Assembly (NCBI GenBank): GCA_965248355.1
Contig: OZ252098.1
Coordinates: 800,001 to 864,000, forward strand
Direction of reading: 5' to 3'
DNA length: 64,000 bases
Origin: Candidatus Latescibacterota bacterium
GTDB lineage: Bacteria > Latescibacterota > UBA2968 > UBA8231
The position numbers and the translations under genes were made by a program. Under the pieces are notes generated by a model. That model saw nothing but the letters and a program-made list of their open reading frames with translations, was not told the DNA's origin and did no database searches. Positions 9,317-19,478 of this stretch are shown here, in pieces. How positions within the stretch are numbered: the stretch's first letter is position 1; each line of letters opens with the position of its first letter.

Positions 9317-11266
9317 TTGAAGATTCTGCAGTCTCGCCAAACCTCGGGAGTGACGTTGCGCGCGGTGCTCACCGGCGCGGTGCTGATGGGGGCCATCTGC
9401 GTGCTCGGCCCCTGGGCGATCCTGATGGTCAAGGGATCGCAGTTGGCCACCACCTCCATCCCCCTCATGGCCGTTCTGTTCCTCTTCGGGCTGACCGCCG
9501 TGGCCGGGCCGGCGCTGGGCGCGCTCCACCGCCGGCTGGCCTTCTCGCGCTCCGAGGTGATCACCGTCTACGGGATGATGCTGGTGGGTGCGACCATCGT
9601 CACCAGCTTCACCGGCCACTTCCTGTCGGTCATCACCGGCGCCATGTACTACGCCAGTCCCGAGAACGACTGGAAGGCCCTGTTCGTGGAGCACCAGCAT
9701 CCCTGGGTGACGCCCACGGACCCCCGGGCCGTGCAGTTCCTCTTCGAGGGCCTTCCGCAGGGCATGGCCGTCCCCTGGTCGGCCTGGGCCCTCACCCTGG
9801 CCGTCTGGATGCCCTTCATGGCCGCCCTCTACTGGGTCGTCTTCTGCCTGGCGGTGCTGCTGCGCGGCCAGTGGATCGAGAACGAGCGGCTGCTCTTTCC
9901 GCTGACGAGCCTGCCCCTGGCGATGATGCAGGATCCGGGGAGCTCCGCAAGCCGATTCAGCCCCCTGCTGAGAAGCCGGCTCATGTGGCTGGGATTCGCC
10001 GTGCCCTTGCTGCTGCACTCGTGGAATTCCCTCTCCGCCTACCACGACGGCATTCAGGCCGTGGCCCTGACCGGCTCCTTCAGCCTGTTGCAGGGGCAGG
10101 TGAGGGTGCCCTTTCGCCTCAACCTGCCGATCATCGGGGTGGGTTACCTGATGTCCCTGGGGGTCTCCTTCAGCATCTGGTTCTTCTTCGTCCTGGGCGT
10201 CGTGCAGACCTGGCTCTTCACGCGCATCGGCCTGGACATCGGCGGCGGCGACGTGTGGAACTCCGGGGGAGGACCGGCGGCGATCATGCACCAGCAGGCC
10301 GGGGGCCTCGTGGTCCTGGTGGGATTCGTGCTGTGGACGGCGCGGCGGCACCTGGCCGGACAGGTGCGCCAGGCCCTGGACAACAAGGGGGGCGACGGGG
10401 AGGTCGTGGCGCCGCGCACGGCGGTCCTCGGCCTGGTGGTGGGCGTGGCCGTCCTGGTGGCGTGGCTCACTCTGACCGGCCTCAGCCTGTACGTGGCCGT
10501 GCTGCTGGTGCTCGGGGCCCTGATCGTGTACATCGGCGTGTCCCGCATCATCTGCGAGGCCGGCCTCCCCGGCGTCCAGACGCCCATGGTGCCCCAGGCC
10601 TTCATCACCCGCGGTTTCGGGCCGGGCGTGCTGGGCCTGCGGAACATGACCGGACTGGGGTTGAGCACGGTCTGGGTGGGGGCCGGGGGGATCACCACCA
10701 TGATGGGCGCCATGCTTCACACCTTCAAATTGAAGTCCACCGCGGGAGAGCGGCCGGACCGGCGCCTGCCCTGGATCTTCCTGGCCGCCATCGCAATCGG
10801 CATGGCCGGCTCGATCTGGGTCACCATGGGCTTCTCCTACGCCCACGGCGGCATCAACCTGCACGGGTGGTACTTCGAGGGAGCGCCCAGGTGGCCCCTG
10901 ACCTACATGGCCTCCGTGTACAACGATCCGGAGTCCTCCTTCGCGCCGCGGATGCTGTTCACCGCCCTCGGAGGCAGCTTCATGGGCCTGCTCCTGTTCC
11001 TGCGCCAGCGCTTCCCCTGGTGGCCCCTCCACCCCATCGGCTATCCCATCGCCACCACCTACCCCATCTCCTCCTACGACTGGTTCGCCCTCTTGCTGGC
11101 CTGGGTCCTCAAGGGGCTGACCCTGCGCCACGGCGGGGTGCGGACCTACCGCTCCCTTCTGCCCTTTTTCCTGGGGTTGATCCTGGGCGAGTTCTCCACC
11201 GCCTGCCTGTGGGTCTTCATCGACGGGGCCCATGGCGTGGAAGGGAACATGATCGTCAACTTCTGA
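9317..11266 (+). CDS. DUF6785/DUF6784-type polytopic membrane protein (putative transporter), paralog 1
   Basis: Many TM segments; ASPENDW, QWIENERLLFPL, RIICEAG, WPLHPIG and PFFLGLILGE motifs. Confidence 0.75.
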   Translation: MKILQSRQTSGVTLRAVLTGAVLMGAICVLGPWAILMVKGSQLATTSIPLMAVLFLFGLTAVAGPALGALHRRLAFSRSEVITVYGMMLVGATIVTSFTGHFLSVITGAMYYASPENDWKALFVEHQHPWVTPTDPRAVQFLFEGLPQGMAVPWSAWALTLAVWMPFMAALYWVVFCLAVLLRGQWIENERLLFPLTSLPLAMMQDPGSSASRFSPLLRSRLMWLGFAVPLLLHSWNSLSAYHDGIQAVALTGSFSLLQGQVRVPFRLNLPIIGVGYLMSLGVSFSIWFFFVLGVVQTWLFTRIGLDIGGGDVWNSGGGPAAIMHQQAGGLVVLVGFVLWTARRHLAGQVRQALDNKGGDGEVVAPRTAVLGLVVGVAVLVAWLTLTGLSLYVAVLLVLGALIVYIGVSRIICEAGLPGVQTPMVPQAFITRGFGPGVLGLRNMTGLGLSTVWVGAGGITTMMGAMLHTFKLKSTAGERPDRRLPWIFLAAIAIGMAGSIWVTMGFSYAHGGINLHGWYFEGAPRWPLTYMASVYNDPESSFAPRMLFTALGGSFMGLLLFLRQRFPWWPLHPIGYPIATTYPISSYDWFALLLAWVLKGLTLRHGGVRTYRSLLPFFLGLILGEFSTACLWVFIDGAHGVEGNMIVNF

Positions 11267-11404
11267 GTCGCGGCACCCCCTTCGCCTCGCCGGTTCCGCG
11301 ACTGCCATCAAGGAGAGTAGCCGCCGCCCCTCCGGGAAGTTGGCCGCGGCCGGGCACCGCCCAGCTCCCTCCTGCAGCGAGGATCCCGGCCACTCGAATC
11401 AGGA

Positions 11405-12645
11405 ATGGAGATGATACAGATGCCCATGCGCGAACGGCCCGACCTGTTGTCCGAGGACAGCCCCGAGGGTCTGCAGGTCTTCCAGCTGACCACGGAGGAG
11501 ACGCCCTCCTCCCACATCTACATGGAGGCGCAGATCTTCACGCCGGACTCGCGGCGGTTCCTCCTCCATCACCCGGCCCGCGCCCACGGTATCGATTTCA
11601 TGGACCCGGCCCGCCGCTACCTGATCTGCGACCTCGACGCCGGCGGCGGACTGACGCCGATCACCGAGGAGGTGGGGGCCGCGGCGCCGTCGGTGTCACC
11701 CGACGGCGAGCATCTCTACTACTTCGTCGACGGCACGAGCCCCGGCGCGGGCGGGCGGCTGACCCTGAAGCGGGTGCGCATGGACGGCACCGGGCGCGAG
11801 GAGATCGCCGGCCTCGACGGAGTCCCCTCCGGGTGGCCGGGACCGTTCTCGCGTCCGTACTCGCTGTCGACGATCTCCTCCGGGGGCGACCGGCTGGCGA
11901 TCTCGGGTTTCCTCGGCGACGGCTCCTCGGAGGACGCACCGTGGGGGCTGCTGGTCTTCGACGTCGCCACCGGCGGCGTCGAGCTGATCCTGCAGGGGCC
12001 GTCCTGGTGCAACGTCCACGCCCAGATCCGGAGGCCGCCCGCGACATCCTCGTGCAGGAGAATCACGGCAACCGCTGCGACGCCACGGGCCGGTGCACGC
12101 GGCTGGTGGGGGGCGACGGCGCCGACGTGCACGTCATCCGCGACGACGGCACCGATTTCCGCGACCTGCCGTGGGGGCGCGACGGCAACGAGTTCTGCCA
12201 GGGTCACCAGTGCTGGATCGGCCGCAGCGAGCGCGCCATCACCAGCACCATGACGCGAGAGCCCGCCGGCTGCGAGCTGATCGAAGGGCGCGCCGCCCCC
12301 CACGCCGGCCACCAGGGCCTGCGCACGCCGGGGGGAGAGCGCAACGACCTCTCCCGCGGCTTCCCGGAGCCCGGTTTCTGCCACTTCGCCACCGATATCG
12401 CCGGACGGCGGCTGATCTCGGACTCCGGTCCCCGGGACGGCGGCGGCGGTCTGTGGCTGGGCCGCCTGCCCGCCGCCGGGCAGGGGCCGATGGAGGACTG
12501 GACCTGGCTGCTGAACCCGCGCTCGTCGTGGCGCAAGGAGAGCCATATCCACCCCTTCCTGTCGCCGGACGGACGCACGGGGTTCTTCAACTCCGACGAG
12601 AGCGGGACCCACCAGTGCTACATGGTGAGGGGCTGGGAGGGCTGA
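11405..12645 (+). pseudogene. oligogalacturonate lyase-like / TolB-like beta-propeller protein, frameshifted near 12025
   Basis: N-terminal part (QLT...HIYMEAQIFTPDS, SVSPDG) and C-terminal part (DILVQENHG, GHQCW, HIHPFLSPDG..FFNSD) lie in different frames. Confidence 0.65.
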
Positions 12646-12660
12646 GCCGGGGGGCGGAGC

Positions 12661-13752
12661 TCAGTTGCCGAAGCCCTCGCTGTCGTAGCGGGCGCGGATG
12701 CGCCCCTCGTCCTCGGTGTTGGAGTTGCCGTGGACGGCGACCTCGAGCAGTTCCTCGTTGGCCTCGGGATTGGTGATCGGGCTCGTGTAGGTGAGCAGGT
12801 AGAAGCTCCGCGACAGGTTGGTGATCTCCGACTGGATGTCGAGGAAGACCTGCTCCAGCTCGGAGATGATGTCGGCCTCGAAGAAGCCCATGGTGCGGAA
12901 GGTGAGCCGCTGCAGGGGCCCCCGCTCCAGATCCTCGGTGTTGAGGGCGGCGACATAGATCTTCTTGAGCTCTCCGTCGGCGCCCCTCATGGATTCGATG
13001 GCGTCCTGCACGTTCAGGCTCGGGTCGGCGTTGTGGAAGCCGTCGGTGAAGACCACCAGGCTGCCGTCGACGATCTCCGTCATCGAGACCTGGTCCTCCC
13101 AGCGGTCGGCCACGTCGATGATCGCCCCGAAGAGGTTGGTGGAGGGGACCAGGTCCTCCTCCCGGATCGAGGCCACGGCGTCGGCGAGGGTCGCGGCGTC
13201 GGAGGTGAAGTCCTGGATCAGCTGCGTCTCGCTGTCGAAGACGTAGACGGCGATCTCCTGGTTGTCGGTGACGCTGCCCACCAGGGCGGTGACCGCTTCC
13301 TTGATCTGCGGCACCAGGCCCTGAACGCTCGAACTCATGTCGAGGAGGAGCACGGTGGGGATGGTGAAGGGAATGGCCGAGGTGCTGACCGTCACGTTCG
13401 ACTCGACGCCGACCTTGCGGCCGTTCTCGGCGACGACGAAGTCCGCCTCCCCGAGCCCGGCCACGCCGTGGCCCTCGTCGTCCTTCACCTGCAGCAGGAG
13501 GCGCACCTCGCGGGCCTGCGGATCGACGGAGAGCTCGAACTCGGTGAGGTGGTAGAACCGGTCGGGGTCGTAGGTGCAGCTGCCGTCGTCGGTGTTGGCG
13601 GAGCGCGAGAAGTTGGTGCCCGCCATGTCGGTGCAGCCCTCGATCTCGGGCTCGTCGGGGACGAGCACCGGGTTGTTGCCGCCGCCGCCGCCGCCGCAGC
13701 CGGTGGCCGCGGCCGCCGCGAGGCCCATCAGAAAGAGTACCCGTCGTCTCAT
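12661..13752 (-). CDS. VWA-domain lipoprotein
   Basis: Lipobox-like AATGC followed by Gly6; GCTD...N....NTDDGSC.Y motif; MIDAS residues DMSSS / T / FTDG. Confidence 0.8.
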   Translation of the reverse strand: MRRRVLFLMGLAAAAATGCGGGGGGNNPVLVPDEPEIEGCTDMAGTNFSRSANTDDGSCTYDPDRFYHLTEFELSVDPQAREVRLLLQVKDDEGHGVAGLGEADFVVAENGRKVGVESNVTVSTSAIPFTIPTVLLLDMSSSVQGLVPQIKEAVTALVGSVTDNQEIAVYVFDSETQLIQDFTSDAATLADAVASIREEDLVPSTNLFGAIIDVADRWEDQVSMTEIVDGSLVVFTDGFHNADPSLNVQDAIESMRGADGELKKIYVAALNTEDLERGPLQRLTFRTMGFFEADIISELEQVFLDIQSEITNLSRSFYLLTYTSPITNPEANEELLEVAVHGNSNTEDEGRIRARYDSEGFGN

Positions 13753-13778
13753 CGTCGCCTTTCCACTGATTCGGTTCT

Positions 13779-13860
13779 TCGATAACGACGTTCCCGCAGC
13801 ATGTCAAGCAGGGGGAACGGTCCGCCGCGCCTTGAGGGAGTCGGGGCGGCGGGGTAAGAT
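13779..13860. promoter_or_regulatory. divergent sigma70-like promoters: TTGAGG-17-TAAGAT on + (13832-13860) and TTGACA-17-TATCGA on - (13807-13779)
   Basis: Consensus-like hexamers with 17-bp spacing between two divergent genes. Confidence 0.45.
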
Positions 13861-13887
13861 GAAGGGCATGATGGACGAGACCTCCCG

Positions 13888-15834
13888 ATGACGCAGCATC
13901 CCCAGACAGGCGCCGGTCCGGTGCGGGCGCCGCGCACCCTGATCGTCGGCTCGGCCATGTGCGTGCTCATCGCCGCCTGGGGGCCCTACAACCTGCTCGT
14001 CCTCCACGGCTCCTGCCTGACCATCGACTTCTCCACGGGGGCGGCGATCGCCCTCCTGTTCTTCGCCGCCTTCTTCCTCAACGGCCTGCTGCGCGCCTTC
14101 CTGCCGGGGCTGTCCCTGTCCTCGGGCGAGCTCTCCATCACCTACCTGATGGCGGCCATCGCCTGCTCGATCTGCACCATGGGGCTCACCCTGCAGCTGG
14201 TGCCCCTGGTGCCGGCCCTGGACTACCTGGCCTCACCGGAGAACGAGTGGGCCCGCGACATCCTGCCCTACGTGCCCCACTGGCTGCGGCTGCCGGGGGA
14301 CGACGTGATCCTCGGCTTCTACGAGGGCCTCTCCGAGGGCGAGTCGATCCCGTGGGGGGCCTGGGCCGAGCCCCTGCTGGCGTGGATGCCCGTGATCATC
14401 GGCCTCTACCTGGTCATGATCTCCCTGGCCGTGCTCTTCAGCCGCCAGTGGATCGAGCACGAGCGTCTCGCCTACCCCCTGGCCCAGGTGCCCCTGGTCA
14501 TGGCCTCCCAGGACGAGGGCCGGGCCCTGAACGCCTTCTTCCGCAACCCGGTCATGTGGCTGGGCTTCTCCGTGCCCTTCATGGTCACCGGTATGAACGG
14601 CCTCCACTTCTACCACCACTTCGTTCCCACCCTCTACCTGAACACCCAGATCAACCTCTTCCACGACATGCCCAACCTGCTCTTCAACCTCACCTTCCCC
14701 ATGATGGGCTTCGCCTACCTGGTGCACCAGGAGGTGGCCCTGAGCATCTGGCTGTTCTACCTGGCGGGCTACGCCCTGGCCGGCGTCTTCGCCAAGGTCG
14801 GCATCACCCGCAGCCTGAGCCTGGACTACTACGCCCAGCACGACGGCGGCCCGATCTTCGCCTACATCCAGTTCGGCGCCCTCATGGCCCTGGTGGGCTA
14901 CACCCTGTGGACGGCGCGGAGCTACCTGCGCAGCACCTGGCGGTCGGCTTGGCGCCGGTCCGCCGCCTCGTCCGGGGACGACCTGTCCATGCGCGGCGTC
15001 TACGTGCAGCTGATCCTGGGGCTGGTGCTGATGACGGGATGGTTCGCCGCCGTGGGCGTCCCCCTCTGGGCGGGGGCGATCTTCGTCCTGGTGATGACGG
15101 CGACCTTCCTGGGGGTCACGCGCATCCTCTGCGAGGCCGGCCTGGCCCGGACGCGGGCCCAGTTGATCACGCCCACGGTGGTGCGCTCCATGGTCGGCAC
15201 CGCCCACCTGGGCCCGGCCGGGACGGTCGGCGTTCTGGGCTACGGGCAGGTCTGGATGAGCGACGTGCGCACCTTCGTCATGGCCGCCACCGCCAACGGC
15301 CTCAAGCTGACGTCATCGATCCGGGGCAAGGCCCTGGTCCTGGGGAGCACGGTGCTGGCGGTGGTGCTCGCCCTCGTCGCGTCGATCGGGTCGACCCTGT
15401 ACTTCGCCTACGAGAGCGGCGCCCACAACGCCAACGGCTGGTTCTTCATCCGCGCCCCCCGGTACATCATCGACTTCGCCGCCGGGTACGTGCGCGAGCC
15501 GGCGGCGGTGGACGCCGCGGGCCTGGGGCTGATGGGGCTGGGCGGCGCCGGCATGCTCGGCCTTTACTGGATCCGCGCCCACTTCATGGGCTTTCCCATC
15601 CACCCCCTGGGGCTGGCCGTCTCCCAGATGGCCCTCACCCGGCACATGTGGTTCAGCATGTTCGTCGTGTGGCTGCTGAAGGCGGTGATGATCCGCTACG
15701 GCGGCCCCCGGCTGCTGCTGCGGGTGCGGCCCTTCTTCCTGGGCTTCATCCTCGGGGAGTTCGTGGCCCTCTCCGTGTGGCTGATGATCAGCCTGGCCAC
15801 CGGGGCCCGGGGCAACAGCCTCTACAACGTCTGA
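13888..15834 (+). CDS. DUF6785/DUF6784-type polytopic membrane protein, paralog 2
   Basis: ASPENEW, QWIEHERLAYPL, RILCEAG, FPIHPLG and PFFLGFILGE motifs. Confidence 0.75.
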   Translation: MTQHPQTGAGPVRAPRTLIVGSAMCVLIAAWGPYNLLVLHGSCLTIDFSTGAAIALLFFAAFFLNGLLRAFLPGLSLSSGELSITYLMAAIACSICTMGLTLQLVPLVPALDYLASPENEWARDILPYVPHWLRLPGDDVILGFYEGLSEGESIPWGAWAEPLLAWMPVIIGLYLVMISLAVLFSRQWIEHERLAYPLAQVPLVMASQDEGRALNAFFRNPVMWLGFSVPFMVTGMNGLHFYHHFVPTLYLNTQINLFHDMPNLLFNLTFPMMGFAYLVHQEVALSIWLFYLAGYALAGVFAKVGITRSLSLDYYAQHDGGPIFAYIQFGALMALVGYTLWTARSYLRSTWRSAWRRSAASSGDDLSMRGVYVQLILGLVLMTGWFAAVGVPLWAGAIFVLVMTATFLGVTRILCEAGLARTRAQLITPTVVRSMVGTAHLGPAGTVGVLGYGQVWMSDVRTFVMAATANGLKLTSSIRGKALVLGSTVLAVVLALVASIGSTLYFAYESGAHNANGWFFIRAPRYIIDFAAGYVREPAAVDAAGLGLMGLGGAGMLGLYWIRAHFMGFPIHPLGLAVSQMALTRHMWFSMFVVWLLKAVMIRYGGPRLLLRVRPFFLGFILGEFVALSVWLMISLATGARGNSLYNV

Positions 15835-15846
15835 GCCGCGCCCCGG

Positions 15847-16593
15847 TCAGCCCTCCCGCTCCTTCTTCCAGGCCTCGTACTCGGGCCGCGCCTCCTCCGA
15901 GAGCGGGTAGTACTTCTTCAGGTGGCCGCCCTCCAGCAGCCTGAGCCGGCTGAACTCCTCCCACTCGGCGTGGGAGCCGGCCGTCTCCACCAGCTCGACG
16001 GCCAGCTTCGCCGGCACGGCCACGACCCCGTCGTCGTCGGCGACGATGATGTCCCCGGGCAGCACCAGGGTGTCGTTGAGGGCGATGGGCACGTTCACGG
16101 CGTAGGGGAAGATGCTCGTCTGGGTGTGGAAGTTCGGCGTCACTCCGCGCAGCCACAGCCCCAGGTCGAGGTCCCGCTGCACGATGGGGAAGTCGCGGAT
16201 GCAGCCGTCGACGACGACGCCGGCGCCGCCGCGGCCCTGGAAGAAGGTGAGCATCATGTTGCCGAAGACGCCGCTCTTCATGTCGCCCCGGGCGTCGACG
16301 CAGACCACGTCGCCGGGCCGCGTGTGATAGAGCACGTGCCGGTGCAGCTGCGACTCCGGGTCGGCGTACTCGTCCTGGTTGTACACGTCCTCCCGCTGGG
16401 GCATGAACTGCAGGGTCAGGGCCGGACCGACGACGCTCTTGCCGGGGGTGAAGGGAACGGGGCCGAGGACGTGGGGATCCTGGATGCCGAGACGCTTGAG
16501 CTCGCCGGCGGCGGTGGCCGAGCCGATGTCCCGGAGTCCCTCGATGATCTCCGGCGGCGGGCGTTCGATGTCGGGGGTGTGGGTCTCTGCCAT
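15847..16593 (-). CDS. RraA-like / HMG aldolase family protein
   Basis: VVGPALT, GVFGNMM, GVVVDGCIRD and PGDIIVADDDGVV motifs. Confidence 0.85.
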   Translation of the reverse strand: MAETHTPDIERPPPEIIEGLRDIGSATAAGELKRLGIQDPHVLGPVPFTPGKSVVGPALTLQFMPQREDVYNQDEYADPESQLHRHVLYHTRPGDVVCVDARGDMKSGVFGNMMLTFFQGRGGAGVVVDGCIRDFPIVQRDLDLGLWLRGVTPNFHTQTSIFPYAVNVPIALNDTLVLPGDIIVADDDGVVAVPAKLAVELVETAGSHAEWEEFSRLRLLEGGHLKKYYPLSEEARPEYEAWKKEREG

Positions 16594-16768
16594 GGTTCTC
16601 TCCTGAGAGGGGGACCGCCGTCCTCCTTCGGCGGCGGCGATTGGAGGCTCTTCCGGGCGGGAGAAGGTAGGGAAGAACCCCCAGGCGCATGGTGTCCTCC
16701 CTGGCACCGGGGCCGGTTGACGGCCCCCGCGGCATGACGTTAGCTCCCTGACCGCCTGAAGGCCCTCC

Positions 16769-18619
16769 ATGACCGAAGCCCTCCTCTTCCTCGCCGCCGC
16801 CGCCCTCCTCCTCGCCGCGTTCCTCCTTGTGCGGGGGCGGCGGGGGAGCGCCGGCCACCTCGACAGCTCCTACGACGAGTCCGAGGGTGAGCGCCGGTTG
16901 CACAAGTGGGGCTACGCCGACACCCGCTTCGAGTTCGACGGCCCCCGCAGCGTGCGCGTCACCGGCTCCCGCTACCCGCTGGCCGGGTACAGCCTGCCCT
17001 CCTTCATCCCCTTCGCCGAGGACGTCCTCGGCGTGCCGATCACGCCGGAGGAGATGGTGCCGGAGGTGGAGCGCGGCCCCCTGGCGCCGCCGCGTCCCTG
17101 CGAGGCCTTCCTCGACGCCTGCCGGCGGGGCCTCGGCGAGGGCCGCGCCGCCACCGACGACGAGTCCCGCCTGACCCACAGCCACGGCCAGCTCAGCGTC
17201 GACGAGATCTACCGCCTCCTCTACATCGGCCGCCTGCCGCGGGTGGCCGACCTGGTGCTGTTCCCCGAGAGCGAGGAGGAGGCGCGGCAGCTCGTGAGCC
17301 TCGCCGGGGAGCACGGCCTCTGCCTGGTGCCCTACGGGGGCGGGACCAACGTCAGCGGCGCCCTCTCCCTGCCGCCCGGGGAGGAGCGCCCCATCGCCTC
17401 CGTCGACATGGGCCGCATGAACCGCATCCTGTGGCTGGACGAGGAGAACCTGCAGGCCTGCGTCGAGGCCGGGATCACCGGCAAGGAGCTCGAGCGCCTC
17501 CTCGGGGAGCGCGGCTACACCTCGGGCCACGATCCGGACAGCGTCGAGTTGTCCACCCTCGGCGGCTGGATCGCCACCAACGCCAGCGGCATGAAGAAGA
17601 ACCGCTACGGCAACATCGAGGACATCGTCGTCGAGGCGACCCTGGTGACGCCGGCGGGGGAGGTGGAGTCGCGCCGGGCGACGCCGCGCAACTCCACGGG
17701 GGTGGCGCCCCGCCTGTGGCTCTTCGGCTGCGAGGGCAACCTCGGCCTGATCACCAAGGCGGTGATCAAGATCCACCCGCGGCCCGAGGCGCGGGAGTAC
17801 GGCTCCCTGGTCTTCCCCTCCCTCGGCCACGGCGTGCGCTACCTGAAGGCCCTGCGCCGGGAGGGGGCCCTGCCGGCGAGCATCCGCCTGGTGAACAACA
17901 CCGAGTTCCGCTTCGGCCAGGCCCTGAAGCCGGCGCCATCGGCCGTGGGCCGCGTCAAGGCGGCGCTGCAGCGCTTCGTCCTGGCGCGCCTGAAGGGCTT
18001 CGACCTGCGGAACCTCGCAGCCTGCACCATCGTCATGGAGGGCGGCCGCCGCGAGCTGGCCTGGCAGCGGCGGATCATCTTCTCCCTGGCCAAGGGGTTC
18101 GGCGGCGTCAGCGGCGGCGCCCACAACGGCCGGCGCGGCTACATGCTCACCTTCGCCATCGCCTACATCCGCGACTTCCTCAACCAGTTCCACATCATGG
18201 GGGAGACCTTCGAGACCTCGGTGCCGTGGGACCGCATCCACGACCTGACCGGCGCCGTGGAGCGAGAGCTGGGCGAGCAGTGCCGGAGCCACGGCGTGCG
18301 CGGGATCCCGTACCTGTCGTACCGCATCACCCAGACCTACCACACCGGGGTGTGCATCTACTTCACCATGGGCTTCAGCGGCAAGGGGCTGGAGGCGCCC
18401 GACCGCGTCTACCACGACGTGGAGGCGAGGCTGCGCCAGACGATCCTGGACCACGGCGGCTCCCTGTCCCACCACCACGGGGTCGGCAAGATCCGCGCCG
18501 CCTTCCTGCCGGAGATCCAGACCGAGGCCAGCCTGAAGATCATGCGGGAGACGAAGCGGGCCATGGATCCCGACGACGTCTTCGGCATCGCCAACGGCGC
18601 CCTGGCCGCGGACCGCTGA
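16769..18619 (+). CDS. alkyldihydroxyacetonephosphate synthase (AGPS-like FAD-linked enzyme) with an N-terminal membrane anchor
   Basis: PYGGGTNVS, GHDPDSVELSTLGGWIATNASGMKKNRYGNIED, GYMLTFAIAYIRD, GETFETSVPW, RITQTY..G.CIYF and GGSLSHHHGVGK motifs. Confidence 0.88.
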   Translation: MTEALLFLAAAALLLAAFLLVRGRRGSAGHLDSSYDESEGERRLHKWGYADTRFEFDGPRSVRVTGSRYPLAGYSLPSFIPFAEDVLGVPITPEEMVPEVERGPLAPPRPCEAFLDACRRGLGEGRAATDDESRLTHSHGQLSVDEIYRLLYIGRLPRVADLVLFPESEEEARQLVSLAGEHGLCLVPYGGGTNVSGALSLPPGEERPIASVDMGRMNRILWLDEENLQACVEAGITGKELERLLGERGYTSGHDPDSVELSTLGGWIATNASGMKKNRYGNIEDIVVEATLVTPAGEVESRRATPRNSTGVAPRLWLFGCEGNLGLITKAVIKIHPRPEAREYGSLVFPSLGHGVRYLKALRREGALPASIRLVNNTEFRFGQALKPAPSAVGRVKAALQRFVLARLKGFDLRNLAACTIVMEGGRRELAWQRRIIFSLAKGFGGVSGGAHNGRRGYMLTFAIAYIRDFLNQFHIMGETFETSVPWDRIHDLTGAVERELGEQCRSHGVRGIPYLSYRITQTYHTGVCIYFTMGFSGKGLEAPDRVYHDVEARLRQTILDHGGSLSHHHGVGKIRAAFLPEIQTEASLKIMRETKRAMDPDDVFGIANGALAADR

Positions 18620-18626
18620 GTCGCCG

Positions 18627-19478
18627 GTGCCCGGGGAACGCTCCGTCGTCATCACCGGCGCCTCCTCCGGTCTGGGAGCGGCCCTGGCGGCCGCCTTCGC
18701 CCGGGACGGCGCCCGCCTCACCCTGATGGCCCGGCGGGCGGACCGGCTGGCCGAGGTCGCCGAAGGCTGCGGCGCCGGCGTGCAGACCGTGGAGGGCGAC
18801 GTCACCGTTCCCGGCCACGGCGAGCGGCTCGTGGAGGCCGCGGTCTCCGCCCACGGCGGCATCGACTGCCTGATCGCCAACGCCGGCGTGAGCATGTGGG
18901 CGCCCTTCGAGGAGGTGAGCGACCTGTCCCTCTTCCGCCGGCTCATCGAGGTCAACTACCTCGGTGCCGTGCACTGCGTCCATCCCGCCCTGCCCCATCT
19001 GAAGACGAGCCGCGGACAGTTCGTGGCCATCTCCTCCATCCAGGGCCGCGTGGGGGTGCCCCAGCACACGGGGTACTCGGCCTCCAAGCACGCCCTGCAG
19101 GGGTTCTGCGACGCCCTGCGCATGGAGCTGGAAGGCAGCGGCGTCAACGTGCTCACCGTGGTCCTCCACTGGCTGGGGGGCACGGAGCTGCGGGAGCAGG
19201 CCTACGCCGCCGACGGCCGGCCCTTCGGCGAAGGCCGCCGCCGGGCCAGCCGGGACGCGATCGGTCTCGAGGAGACCTGCGCCGCCATCCTGGAGGCCGT
19301 GAACGAGCGCCGCCGGGAGCTCGTGATGCCCTGGAAGCTGAAGGCCCTGCTCGCCATACGCGCCCTGCGGCCCCGGCTGGCGGACGCGATCGTGCGCCGG
19401 GCCGTGAACCGCCAGGGGGGCGAGGCCCTGGGAGAGGTATCGGACCCGGACACGAGTCATGGAAAGGACCGATCGTGA
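18627..19478 (+). CDS. SDR of the DHRS7/DHRS7B-like type
   Basis: ITGASSGLG, NAGVS, EVNYLG, AISSIQG and YSASKHALQGFCDALRMEL motifs. Confidence 0.8.
   Translation: MPGERSVVITGASSGLGAALAAAFARDGARLTLMARRADRLAEVAEGCGAGVQTVEGDVTVPGHGERLVEAAVSAHGGIDCLIANAGVSMWAPFEEVSDLSLFRRLIEVNYLGAVHCVHPALPHLKTSRGQFVAISSIQGRVGVPQHTGYSASKHALQGFCDALRMELEGSGVNVLTVVLHWLGGTELREQAYAADGRPFGEGRRRASRDAIGLEETCAAILEAVNERRRELVMPWKLKALLAIRALRPRLADAIVRRAVNRQGGEALGEVSDPDTSHGKDRS

Noticed and set aside
15788..18955. Very long alternative ORFs (e.g. 15788-18955 -, 39402-42878 -, 25553-28384 -, 55227-57848 -, 9254-11311 -)
   Set aside because: Antisense or off-frame shadows of real genes, expected from high-GC codon bias; no recognisable motifs.
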